Source: Macrostomum lignano (Eukaryota). Taken from it: a DNA stretch of 64,000 nt. A program made the translations under genes and the position numbers. A model generated the notes under the pieces. That model was given only the letters and a program-made list of their open reading frames with translations, was not told where the DNA came from and did no database searches. Shown piece after piece: positions 36,586-48,699 of the stretch (positions within the stretch are counted from its first letter, which is position 1; each line of letters starts with the position of its first letter). The stretch is from positions 186,001 through 250,000 of the forward strand of contig NIVC01000932.1 of the NCBI GenBank assembly GCA_002269645.1. Direction: 5' to 3'.

Positions 36586-39500
36586 ACAGAGTAAACAGAG
36601 ACAAGTGCAGATGAACTAAGAAGTGAATAAGAAAGTCGCGACAAGACTAACCCGCTTAATTGGGTGCTTAGACCAACTGAAGTTTCTTGCTTTGGTAATT
36701 AAAGTTAAGCGCACCCTCTCGATTGGACAGGAAGCCGGCGAAATGCAAATGTTTTACAACAATCAAGACATCGCTGATGTTGAAGTTCCCGCTGATGGCA
36801 CGCCAACAAACGGGAGGCCGAGCTATGATCTGAGCCTGCGCAGCGCAATGATCCAGCGGGTGACAGGATTTGTCGATATGGTCAAGGTCAAGACGTTTGA
36901 CGATATGGTGCGTTGGTGCGACACTAATTAGCTAGTTTCTAGGCGGGGGTCTTTGAACGCTGCTGCAAACCAAGGCGGAATCGCTGGCCTACGCTGGTAT
37001 GCAAACTCAAAAAGGGTGTACGGCGTTCCGTCCCGTTCACATTGTCAGGCATGTATACTGTCTGTGCCTTGATTCGGCCCTCATTGGGCGTTAATCAGGG
37101 TTCAGACTTATGAGCCTCAAATTAATGTGGGCTCGCACGGAATCGAACCCAGGTAGCCGGGCTCAAGTGGCCCAGATAGACAGACGCGTTACCTATGAGC
37201 CACTTTGCTCCCTGTGCGATCTTAACAGATAGGAACTATTATTTTATAGGAAGCTGTCAATCAAAACTGTGCCTCCTAAACAAATCATCTTAACAGAGTC
37301 GCGGTACAAAGCAGAAATTTCGCTATTTTCACGCGCCGCTCAACTCGACGGCGCCATTCGGAGTGGCAACTGAAACCCGGCCGACGCCGTTTTCACTTGG
37401 CCTCGCATTGCCATGGGGCTCAGCCGGTCAGTGGCCACCAGTAGCGGCCTACCCGACCGCACCCCCGTTTGATTCTTACAGTCTGCACCGGGAAAATCTC
37501 GCCAAGCTGTTCTCGAAGCGCCTGATTAACAGCACCTGCGATGCCGCGAAGCCGGAATTGTACAAAACTGGCTTGGCCGAGTTTGAGTTCTGCGACTTTT
37601 CCAGCGAGCTGCTCGCTGAGTACGGCGTCAATCCGTTGTGCGCTCTGGGCTCGGTGCTGGAAATGCCGCTGGCCAGGCAGCAAGCAATGGGTTGCTCATT
37701 TGAATATCTGAAGCGCGTAATGGTTGACGCATTGAGTACCCGAGAAGCGTATGAATGGGAGACGAACTGGAATACAATTGTTCCTGCTCAAATCGGTGCC
37801 ACTCTGCTGTTCCTGTGGACCGGAACTGGCCTGGCCAGATGGCAGACGCCGCCAACGAATGACGCTCAGTCCGTCATTGATGCCAGCTTCGCAGCAGCTC
37901 GGCGCAACGGCTCTCGAGACAGCCTCTATGAACGTACAGCGCTTTAGCGTCATCTTCGGACTCCTCGTTAACGGTATTGACTGCGCCATCAGGTGATTCA
38001 GTATTCGCCCGCTTCAAGGCCAACACTAGCGTGCCGATTTACCTGACATCGGCGCTTCGGGTTGAGAGCAGCGTTGTTGGCGTGGTCGGCGCCGAGATCA
38101 ACTACGACCGCCTGGCTAATTATTTCGTCAACGCCACGAACTCCTGCGTTAGCGGCGTCGGTGGTGGTGCTTGTGTCACCTGTGCGCAGACTAACGTCCG
38201 CTGTTACCTGCTCGATGATAGCGGCGCCGTGGTCGTGTCCGAGAGTCAGACTGACGTCGGCAAGACTTTTGACATTGTCAATTGTCCTGCAATGCAGCTC
38301 ATGATCAACAGGAGCTTGTTTGTTACGTAAATACGGCTGGGGATTAAGTTTGTGGATAGTTTATAGATTGCTTGAACATTGCCAAGCATTCTGTTTCTGA
38401 CCCGGGCGATAATAACTGTTCGATGCAGAGCCTTACTTTTATGAGTCCATTCCGATACCGTAATTTATGTGTATGCATGTCTGAAGTGGCTTATTGATAG
38501 CTTTACGCATTGATAATTAACAATTCATAATTTATTAACAACTTTACTAATTTCAGCGTGAAGGCGTTCGACTTCCAGGCTGTGTGCCTGAAGAAGACTC
38601 CAGTTGACAGTTCGGCATCAACACTTTTCAATGTAAGTTGCTGCAATTGAGAAGGAAAATTCACTAAACGCTACCTGAGCTTATTGACATTCTCCGACCG
38701 CAATGCATTTTCTGCAGCCAATCCGAGCTCTGATGCGGCTGGCATCTTGGGCCTTCATTGAAGGATTTCTGTGAGAACACTTGGCTAGATGCTTCGAATG
38801 GACTTAATAGTGCCTGTTCTTCAAATTTTTTACTACTCATATTGCCATTTTTAGGCTGCTCGCTGACTTGACATCATCGACGCTTCGAGTCATCAAAGCC
38901 GGAGCTCAAGGTAAATTGGTTGCAAGCTCTATTCATCTTTGTACTTTTTTTCAATATTTCACGGTAAACTCCAGATAAAAAGCCGCTTACCCAGCAAAGA
39001 TAGAATAAAAAATCCTACTAAAAATCTACTTAATATAAATAAATGTACGAAGCGCTTGCAAATGCAGCATGGCCAGTAAGCATGACAACAATCAGCCGAA
39101 GCCGTCACTGGTCAGAGCGTCGGACTCACGACTGAAGGGTCGGCGGTTCGATTCTCGACCCTCCTGAAACAATTTATGTCCTTGAGCAAGACACTTAACT
39201 CTGCATTGCTTCAGTTCACCCAGCTGTAAAATGGGTGCCAGCATTAGCTGGGGTAATTGAGGGTGCGTGTGGCGACCCCCCAGTCCTTGGACTGAACAGC
39301 CGTACGCAGCCTTCAGATGCGCCGCGCAATAGCTGCGGCTGAGCTGTCGGTTGCACATCTGCCCATTGGGGGCAGGTGTAGTCAATTATTATTAATATTA
39401 TTAATATCAGGTCAAGAGGAGTCTATTCTTTATCACAATCTCGCACTTTTCGACCGCTAAGGGTTCGTATCCATTGTCTGCGCTATAAATATTTGGGTTT

Positions 39501-42276
39501 ATTGATTGAAACTTTGCCTCCTTTTATTCGCTCAATATTGGTTAAGGGAAAATTAGTTTTAAAACATGCTGCTTTTAGTGTGGCGATAGAGTTATTCAGA
39601 AATATTCGTCTCTACTGTCGTGTGCCAGAATTCGGCATGGCATCGTCGCGCAGCACAGCGGAGGACTGCCACCGAGTGGACGCCTCCCGCCCGGACAGCA
39701 TCCTGAAGGTGTACGAAAGAGTTGACGCCATGATAGCCGAAACCGCCGACTTGGTGGCTCCGCATCCGGACGCATCTTTGAAAGTGCAGGAGATTCGACG
39801 CCGCCTGATGCAGCCGCTGTGCATCGGCCGGACAGCCGACGATCAAGACGAAGAGGAGGCTTGCGAGTACCTGTGCAAGCGGCTGCCGGAGCAGTTCGGC
39901 ATCGGCCTCGTGTCCGATCTGCTGGCCGGCTGTCCGAAATTTGATGAAGCCCAGATCGACTGCACCGTTAAGAGAACACTGCTAAGGCGGGAGCCACGGC
40001 AGCCTCTACCAACGTCTGCCATGAGACTGCAGTGCCCGTTGCTCGGACTCTGCGAAGCTTGCCAGCCAGGAGCTAACGGCTCCTCAGAGTTGTAGGCCAC
40101 AGAGCTTCGTCTGTACCAACAAGCATGCTCAGTGTTTTAGTCCCCCATCATCCATCTGCACACGGCCTCACTAATACAAGCATGCTCAGTGTTTTAGTCC
40201 CCCATCATCCATCTGCACACGGCCTCACTAATACAAGCATGCTCAGTGTTTTAGTCCCCCATCATCCATCTGCACACGGCCTCACTAATACAAGCATGCT
40301 CAGTGTTTTAGTCCCCCATCATCCATCTGCACACAGCCTCACTAATACAAGCATGCTCAGTGTTTTAGTCCCCCATCATCCATCTGCACACGGCCTCACT
40401 AATACAAGCATGCTCAGTGTTTTAGTCCCCCATCATCCAATCATCCATCTGCACACAGCCTCACTAATACAAGCATGCTCAGTGTTTTAGTCCCCCATCA
40501 TCCATCTGCACACGGCCTCACTAATACAAGCATGCTCAGTGTTTTAGTCCCCCATCATCCATCTGCACACGGCCTCACTAATACAAGCATGCTCAGTGTT
40601 TTAGTCCCCCATCATCCATCTGCACACAGCCTCACTAATACAAGCATGCTCAGTGTTTTAGTCCCCCATCATCCATCTGCACACAGCCTCACTAATACAA
40701 GCATGCTCAGTGTTTTAGTCCCCCATCATCCATCTGCACACGGCCTCACTAATACAAGCATGCTCAGTGTTTTAGTCCCCCATCATCCATCTGCACACGG
40801 CCTCACTAATACAAGCATGCTCAGTGTTTTAGTCCCCCATCATCCATCTGCACACAGCCTCACTAATACAAGCATGCTCAGTGTTTTAGTCCCCCATCAT
40901 CCATCTGCACACGGCCTCACTAATACAAGCATGCTCAGTGTTTTAGTCCCCCATCATCCATCTGCACACAGCCTCACTAATACAAGCATGCTCAGTGTTT
41001 TAGTCCCCCATCATCCATCTGCACACAGCCTCACTAATACATGCATGCTCAGTGTTTTAGTCCCCCATCATCCATCTGCACACAGCCTCACTAATACAAG
41101 CATGCTCAGTGTTTTAGTCCCCCATCATCCAATCATCCATCTGCACACAGCCTCACTAATACAAGCATGCTCAGTGTTTTAGTCCCCCATCATCCATCTG
41201 CACACGGCCTCACTAATACAAGCATGCTCAGTGTTTTAGTCCCCCATCATCCATCTGCACACAGCCTCACTAATACAAGAATGCTCAGTGTTTTAGTCCC
41301 CCATCATCCATCTGCACACGGCCTCACTAATACAAGCATGCTCAGTGTTTTAGTCCCCCATCATCCATCTGCACACAGCCTCACTAATACATGCATGCTC
41401 AGTGTTTTAGTCCCCCATCATCCATCTGCACACAGCCTCACTAATACAAGCATGCTCAGTGTTTTAGTCCCTCATCATCCATCTGCACACGGCCTCACTA
41501 ATACAAGCATGCTCAGTGTTTTAGTCCCCCATCATCCATCTGCACACGGCCTCACTAATACAAGCATGCTCAGTGTTTTAGTCCCCCATCATCCATCTGC
41601 ACACGGCCTCACTAATACAAGCATGCTCAGTGTTTTAGTCCCCTATCATCCATCTGCACACGGCCTCACTAATACAAGCATGCTCAGTGTTTTAGTCCCC
41701 TATCATCCATCTGCACACAGCCTCACTAATACAAGCATAGTAATACAAGTATCTCTCGATTAAGATGTGCGTAGGTCACAAAAACTTTCTCAAAAGCAAG
41801 CTCAATCCTCATCTTTTAGCAACGTGTACGTGAGGCAGGTGAGCGGAACTAATCTGATGTTTGTCGCTGTCACCGGAGATCCGAACTGCGACTGCACCGG
41901 CTGTCCGCTGGCCGTCATCACGGAGAAACTGAGCGGCACCCGCAACATCAGCGTGCAGCAGCGCTTCAGGGAGCGACCGCCGTGGAGTCGACCTAATGTT
42001 GTGCTCATAGTGAGTATTGTCAGTCGGACTCATTTTTTTCAGAGTAGATCTTTTGAACAGCTTTGATTCCATTGGACCAGCGATTCTCAGTCATATTAGG
42101 TGCACGAGTGAAATAATGACAGCATGAACTGAATCTACCTGTCCAATTTCCTCCAGGACAATTCGACTGTCTGCAGCAAAACTGCGGTGCCTTCGCTGAC
42201 CATCCTGCAGTCCCTGCGGTGGCTCTTGTCGTTTCTAGTTCTGCTAAACTTGTTAGTTTTTAGTTCGGATTTCTAA
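28942..42276 (+). CDS. CACNA2D: Voltage-dependent calcium channel alpha2delta subunit (alpha2delta-3/4/straightjacket-like). Exons: 28942-29039, 29198-29276, 30506-30625, 30841-30897, 30993-31558, 31657-31807, 31936-32013, 32183-32413, 32801-32935, 33585-33677, ~33937/33979-34209, 35183-35239, 35605-35796, 36731-36907, 37297-38326 (apparent 1-nt frameshift at ~37943), 38557-38632, 38718-38770, 38855-38910, 39629-40088, 41820-42009, 42157-42276
   Basis: Signal peptide MDSTVTVVLFALICLS; VWA_N region (LKWQYFGTTEGMFKIYPG..FDCRTQYWY); VWA MIDAS DNSGS and MLITD; RLFTFLIG..MACRNRGYF; Cache region LIGVAGLDVP..FMATNNGFILFHPEFRP; CYLLDDSG; FDFQAVC; delta region VSGTNLMFVAV..CDC; C-terminal GPI-type hydrophobic tail. 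GT-AG junctions are phase-consistent except at the frameshift. Confidence 0.93.
33001..33350 (-). mobile_element. tRNA-derived SINE (family B), copy 1
   Basis: B-box-like GGCTCGATTCC; central domain ATTAACGCCCATGAGGACCAACCCCCAAGGCACAG..ACATGCCT shared with ~37000-37212 and ~52120-52235; ends near AATAAA. Confidence 0.6.
35975..36582. repeat. 40-bp minisatellite AGCGAGGGAGAGAGATAAGAATAACAAGCTTGAACTAGGC ending in (AG)n (alpha2delta intron)
   Basis: Directly visible tandem units. Confidence 0.95.
37000..37212 (-). mobile_element. tRNA-derived SINE (family B), copy 2
   Basis: A-box TGGCTCATAGG and B-box GGTTCGATTCC, followed by the shared ATTAACGCCCAATGAGGGCC..CAAGGCACAG..ACATGCCTGACAAT domain. 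Confidence 0.65.
39095..39407 (+). mobile_element. tRNA-derived CORE-type SINE with AT-rich tail
   Basis: Pol III head (TGGTCAGAGCG..GGTTCGATTCT), then TGTCCTTGAGCAAGACACTTAACTCTGCATTGCTTCAGTTCACCCAGCTGTAAAATGGG, which aligns with the MIR/CORE domain TGACCTTGGGCAAGTCACTTAACCTCTCTGTGCCTCAGTTTCCTCATCTGTAAAATGGG; (ATT)n-like tail. Confidence 0.75.
40118..41735. repeat. 57-bp minisatellite, ~28 units, CATGCTCAGTGTTTTAGTCCCCCATCATCCATCTGCACACGGCCTCACTAATACAAG (alpha2delta intron)
   Basis: Directly visible tandem units. Confidence 0.97.
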
Positions 42277-43387
42277 TAATCTACCGAGCGAACAGTATTG
42301 AACTTTTAAACTTTGTACACATAGCTGCTGCTGCATGTTTTGTTCGAAAATCTGGTTAAATTTTAATACATCGAATCGAATTTAAGCGTCTTCATCAATT
42401 AGCCAGACCAGTTCAAGCTTCTATATAAAACAGTTTATTAATAATTTATTAGAAAGTGTTCCTCACCGCCTGCTTAACTCTCTCTCTCTCTCTGCTGCTA
42501 TTGTTCACTTTGCCAATTGCCTGTTGTATGTGCCGATTTGCTTCCATTGTTCCAAATAACTTATAATAAACAGTGAATACGCGCACTTAAAATGCATTAA
42601 TCTTTCTTACATTCATTTCCGAATAAAAGCCATTACCTGAATAATGAATTTGAAAGACCTCAGAGATAAACCATATAAAGATAGACCTCAAGGACTACGT
42701 AGGCTTACTGATGGTTAAGGGCGTCTCATTACGACTTCGGACTGCAGGTCATCGACCTTGCAGATGCTCGAGAACGTGGCAAACGTCGAAATAAAAGAGG
42801 TACACGAGCTGCTGGCAACCAGCTCCCCAACCCCAAGTCTAACCCTAACCCAAACCCTAACCCAAACCCTAACCCAAACCCTAACCCAAACCCTAATTAA
42901 ATTTATTCCCGTTTATATTTACAATTTACAGAACACTTACGCTAATTTCTTGCAAAATTTGTTTTGATTCCTTGCAATAATAAGCAAATTGGGAATCTCA
43001 ATAACGTCAACTAAAGTGGAGTAAAGTCAACTAAATGACTGAAACACAATAACATCTTTCTGTTTATTTTAAATTCTCGAACTCCTACTCTCTCGTTTAT
43101 CAGTCCGTTAAAACTCAAATAGGATATTTAGGTATTATTTTACTGGAGTGCTCAAAAATATTTGAAAAGTATAGAGACAGAGAGGCGTGATTAATATTAA
43201 CCAATTTCTTGTGCAAAATCTTTCTGCTATTACACTACGTCTAAAGATCAATCCAATTATAAAGATTCAAGCCCGCCTTTTGGTGCTACGTAAGCGAACT
43301 TTCTAAGAAAAATTCGGTCCCAAATAGTTTGAAGCGTCTTCGTCGCAAAAACAACAAGCGTTGAGTCTTCAAGAGCTCCCCAAATGT

Positions 43388-46300
43388 TCACACTTTATCG
43401 TCGGCATTTTTTATATTGTCTTCCTTGTTGTTATTAGCGGCAGCCAGGCTGACTCCTGTAGCGTAGCTGGTGCTCCGGCTGGAGCCTCTGTCAGCCGGGC
43501 GGCCAGTGCACCGCTTGAACGGTCGCAGCATTGGCGCACGGACGAAAGAGACGTCCTTGGCGTAGATGATCCAGTTGAAGCCGTAGAACACGGCGTACAG
43601 CGCGTTAAACAGCAGGCCGAGACCGCTGGTGAACAGCACGTTCAGGTAGAAGCCGACCGGATCGTCTCTGGAGTTGGCGGCGATCGAGTAGACGGTGCCG
43701 ACGCCCAGCACAGCGGCAGCTGGCACCAGGGTGACCATGTAGAACATGCTCAGGCTGAAGATCAGCAGCGTCACCCTGGCCGCTTTGCGCTCCTCCTTGG
43801 CGTTCTGCTGCGACTGTTGAGTCTGCTGCGAGCACTTCTGACTGCTCTGACGGATCTGGCGAATCCGGCAGGCCAAGAAGGCGTTGAAGCCCAGGATGAC
43901 CAGCGAGACGATGCCGCCTCGCTGCAGCAGGAACAGGTAGATGGTCACGATGCTGCGCTGGACAGGCAGCCGAGACGGGACGAAGCACATGGTTGTCAGC
44001 ACAGGGATGTCAGCGGAGCTCAACGTCTGGCTGATCTCGAACAGGCCGGGCACCGGCGTGGCGCAGCCCAGGGCCAGCAAGCCTGCGAGGGCGGCAAGGA
44101 TATAGTGCTGAGTCTGATGTGGCTCATGACTCAAGCCTATTCTATCATTGACCCAAGCCTATTCTATCATTGACCCAAGCCTATTCTATCATTGACCCAA
44201 GCCTATTCTATCATGACTCAAGCCTATTCTACCATGACTCAAGCCTATTTTACCATGACCCAAGCCTATTCTATCATTGACCCAAGCCTATTCTATCATG
44301 ACTCAAGCCTATTCTACTATGACTCAAGCCTATTCTATCATGACTCAAGCCTATTCTACCATGACTCAAGCCTATTTTACCATGACCCAAGCCTATTCTA
44401 TCATGACTCAAGCCTATTCTATCATGACTCAAGCCTATTTTACCATGACCCAAGCCTATTCTATCATGACTCAAGCCTATTTTACCATGACCCAAGCCTA
44501 TTCTATCATGACCCAAGCCTATTCTATCATGACTCAAGCCTATTTTACCATGACCCAAGTCTATTCTATCATGACTCAAGCCTATTCTACCATGACCCAA
44601 GTCTATTCTATCATGACTCAAGCCTATTCTACCATGACCCAAGTCTATTCTATCATGACTCAAGCCTATCCCATCATGACCCAAACTTATTCTGTCATGA
44701 CCCAGGTCTAACATATGATGACTCAAGCCGATTGGGTTCTGACAAAAATTAATAAGACGTAGGAGTATAGCAATGATTTGATCTTATCTCTGAACGCTCT
44801 AAGCTAGCTGACTCCATTCATTTGTTTAACTTTGATCATCACAACCAAACTGATTTGTGCAATAAAGATACTCGTAGAGTCGAGCCTGACTTGACTTTCG
44901 GGAATTCTTTAATTTTACCGCTCTGTCTGCATTTAAAAGTACAAACGGACAAACAGATATGGAGAAACTAGGTTTCGTCAATGATAGATAGCTTTGCATA
45001 GCAAATATATGGATTGAGATTCGAGAAATCAGAAGAAACTCGATAACGGGAAGTATTTTTTCTGAGCTGTCGATAAAAACGAGTTTGAATTGCACATTAG
45101 ACTCCCGTCTCTACCAGTTTTAGAGCCACACTATCGGATTAATGAAAGTTAAAGCTCAATTAATAAAGTTTAGACCGTTCTCTAAACCTACCCGACTCTA
45201 TACTACTCCTTGACCGAGATAGACACCTGACTCTCTCACAGTCTCCGGCCAAGATAGACAACGGAATGACTCTCTCACAGTCTCCGGCCAAGATAGACAC
45301 CTGAATGACTCTCCCACAGTCTCTGGCCAAGATAGACACCTGACTCTCCCACAGTCTCTGGCCAAGATAGACACCTGACTGACTCTCTCACAGTCTCCGG
45401 CCAAGATAGACACCTGACTCTCTCACAGTCTCTGGCCAAGATAGACACCTGAATGACTCTCTCACAGTCTCCGGCCAAGATAGACACCTGACTCTCTCAC
45501 AGTCTCTGGCCAAGATAGACACCTGACTGACTCTCTCACAGTCTCCGGCCAAGATAGACACCTGACTGACTCTCTCACAGTCTCCGGCCAAGATAGACAC
45601 CTGACTGACTCTCCCACAGTCTCTGGCCATGATAGACACCTGACTCTCCCACAGTCTCTGGCCATGATAGACACCTGACTCTCTCACAGTCTCTGGCCAA
45701 GATAGACACCTGAATGACTCTCCCACAGTCTCTGGCCATGATAGACACCTGACTCTCTCACAGTCTCTGGCCATGATAGACACCTGACTCTCTCACAGTC
45801 TCTGGCCAAGATAGACACCTGACTCTCTCACAGTCTCTGGCCAAGATAGACACCTGAATGACTCTCCCACAGTCTCTGGCCAAGATAGACACTTGAATGA
45901 CTCTCCCACAGTCTCTGGCCAAGATAGACACTTTAATGACTCTCCCACAGTCTCTGGCCAAGATAGACACTTGAATGACTCTCCCACAGTCTCTGGCCAT
46001 GATAGACACCTGAATGACTCTCCCACGTCTCTGGCCATGATAGACACCTGACTCTCCCACAGTCTCTGGCCAAGATAGACACCTGAATGACTCTCCCACA
46101 GTCTCTGGCCAAGATATACACTTGAATGACTCTCCCACAGTCTCTGGCCATGATAGACACCTGAATGACTCTCCCACGTCTCTGGCCATGATAGACACCT
46201 GACTCTCCCACAGTCTCTGGCCAAGATAGACACCTGAATGACTCTCCCACGTCTCTGGCCATGATAGACACCTGACTCTCCCACAGTCTCTGGCCAAGAT

Positions 46301-48556
46301 AGACACCTGAATGACTCTCCCACGTCTCTGGCCATGATAGACACCTGACTCTCCCACAGTCTCTGGCCAAGATAGACACCTGAATGACTCTCCCACGTCT
46401 CTGGCCATGATAGACACCTGACTCTCCCACAGTCTCTGGCCAAGATAGACACCTGAATGACTCTCCCACAGTCTCTGGCCAAGATAGACACCTGAATGAC
46501 TCTCCCACAGTCTCTGGCCAAGATAGACACTTTAATGACTCTTCACAGTCTCTGGCCAAGATAGACACTTGAATGACTCTCCCACAGTCTCTGGCCATGA
46601 TAGACACCTGAATGACTCTCCCACGTCTCTGGCCATGATAGACACCTGACTCTCCCACAGTCTCTGGCCAAGATAGACACCTGAATGACTCTCCCACAGT
46701 CTCTGGCCAAGATATACAACGGAATGACTCTCCCACAGTCTCTGGCCATGATAGACACCTGAATGACTCTCCCACGTCTCTGGCCATGATAGACACCTGA
46801 CTCTCCCACAGTCTCTGGCCAAGATAGACACCTGAATGACTCTCCCACGTCTCTGGCCATGATAGACACCTGACTCTCCCACAGTCTCTGGCCAAGATAG
46901 ACACCTGAATGACTCTCCCACGTCTCTGGCCATGATAGACACCTGACTCTCCCACAGTCTCTGGCCAAGATAGACACCTGAATGACTCTCCCACGTCTCT
47001 GGCCATGATAGACACCTGACTCTCCCACAGTCTCTGGCCAAGATAGACACCTGAATGACTCTCCCACAGTCTCTGGCCAAGATAGACACCTGAATGACTC
47101 TCCCACAGTCTCTGGCCATGAAAGACACCTGAATGACTCTCTCACAGTCTCCGGCATAGATAGACACCTGACTCTCTCACAGTCTCCGGCATAGATAGAC
47201 ACCTGACTCTCCCACAGTCTCTGGCCAAGATAGACACCTGAATGACTCTCTCACAGTCTCCGGCCAAGATAGACACCTGAATGACTCTCTCACAGTCTCC
47301 GGCCATGAAAGACACCTGAATGACTCTCTCACAGTCTCCGGCATAGATAGACACCTGACTCTCTCACAGTCTCTGGCCAAGATAGACACCTGACTCTCCT
47401 ACAGTCTCTGTCTCGGACTGCTCAGCCATGCCATGAAATGCTCGAACCTATTCCAGCCGCCGCAAACTTGCTCAGCTTCAGCCCGTAGCTCCGATAGCTG
47501 AACGGCAGGGTCAACGCGTGCAGCCGGTCCACCACCAGAGCCACCATAAGCAGCATGGCGAATCCGTTGGCAAAGTTCATGACGAACCCCCAGAACTTGC
47601 AGAACCAGTCCGCCGGGTACATTGGGAACTGGAACTCGCCGCGGGTGAACCGGAAAGTGCCGCGATCAACCTAATACGGCGGTGGTTTTTCGTCGATAGA
47701 AGATTTATGAAAGATTAAAATCGGATTAGCGATTGGGGATTAGCGATTGGGGATTAGGGATTGAGGATTAGCGATTAGGCATTAGGAATTAAGGATTAGG
47801 GACGGAGGATTAGCGATTGTGAATTAGCGATTCGGGAACAGCGATTGAGGATTAGCGATTCGGGAACAGGGATAGAGGATTATCTATTGGAGATTAGGGA
47901 CTGGGAATTAGCGACGGGGGATTAGGGATAGAGGATTAGCGATTGAGGAATAGAGACTGAGGAAGAGTGATTCGGTATTAGGGATTCGGAATTAGGGACT
48001 GAGGATTAATGATTCGGGATAGAGGATTAGCGATTGGGGATTAGAGACAGAGGACTAGCGATTGAGGAATAGGGATAGAGGATTAGCGATTAGGGACTAC
48101 CGATTGAGGATTAGCAATTGGGAAATTAGCGATGGGGGGAGTAAATTTTTGATGCCGGGGATTAGGCGTTCGACACCGGAGATCAGAATCGAGGATTAAG
48201 GATCAAAGACTTGGGGATGGTACCGTCTGCGAGAAGAACTGGTGCGACACGATCAGCGCGTTGGTGGGCAGCAGGCAGCAGATGTACACGTGCGGCTTCG
48301 ACCAACGCGACCTCGAGCGCAGCATCAGGACGAAGGCGACGAGGTTGCCAAGCAGGCCAACCAGAAAGCAAGTCGGCACCACAATCAGCGCCACCCAGTT
48401 GTTGATCTCCTCCAGTATGAGGATCCGGTTGAAGAGCTCCCGGTACCAGGCGTCGCGGCGAATGGCGGACTGGAGCAGCCGAAAGAACATGGCGTAGCGA
48501 TTGGGCATCCCGCCGCTGCTACCGCCGCCGCCGCCTCCAGTGCTGTTGCTCTCCAT
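43388..48556 (-). CDS. Orphan rhodopsin-class (class A) GPCR, 3 exons: 48224-48556, 47448-47670, 43388-44082 (416 aa)
   Basis: N-glycosylation site NST; TM1 FLVGLLGN; TM3 WFCKFWGF..VVDRLHAL; ECL2 Cys; basic ICL3 ERKAARVTLLI; TM7 GFNWIIY; seven hydrophobic segments; phase-0 and phase-1 GT-AG junctions. Confidence 0.88.
44127..44710. repeat. 21-bp minisatellite ATCATGACTCAAGCCTATTCT (GPCR intron 2)
   Basis: Directly visible tandem units. Confidence 0.95.
45215..47400. repeat. 30-35-bp minisatellite GACTCTCCCACAGTCTCTGGCCAAGATAGACACCT(GAAT), ~2.2 kb (GPCR intron 2)
   Basis: Directly visible tandem units with higher-order patterning. Confidence 0.97.
47725..48130. repeat. Degenerate GATTAGCGATTGGG/GATTAGG repeat (GPCR intron 1)
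   Basis: Visible 7/14-bp periodicity. Confidence 0.8.
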
Positions 48557-48699
48557 GCTTACGGAATTCAAAGTGTTTCTATTCTCGACTCACTGTCGGG
48601 AAAGTGATCGGGGTTTTATTTATAGAGATTCTGACTGCGTGGCGGCAGCCAATTAGAGATGGCTTTTGCTCTATGTTCGGATTGGGCAATCTCAGCCAG

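Noticed and set aside
37934-37947. 14-nt GT..AG micro-intron, or programmed -1 frameshift, as explanation for the alpha2delta stop
   Set aside because: The intron would restore the frame but is far below the intron sizes seen here (smallest ~80 nt); there is no X-XXY-YYZ slippery heptamer. An indel is more parsimonious.
39095-39170. tRNA gene (also considered at ~37130-37212 and ~33270-33350)
   Set aside because: A/B boxes are present, but no cloverleaf or acceptor stem could be built and each head runs into a SINE body.
40125-41763. ORFs of 19-aa repeats (TSMLSVLVPHHPSAHGLTN)
   Set aside because: In-frame 57-bp intronic minisatellite; the alpha2delta exons on either side join in phase without it.
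43361-44173. 270-aa plus-strand ORF
   Set aside because: Antisense shadow of the GC-rich GPCR exon 3.
44192-47389. Many long ORFs in GPCR intron 2; CRISPR-like appearance of 30-35-bp repeats
   Set aside because: Contiguous tandem units with no unique spacers and no cas genes, in a eukaryotic intron.
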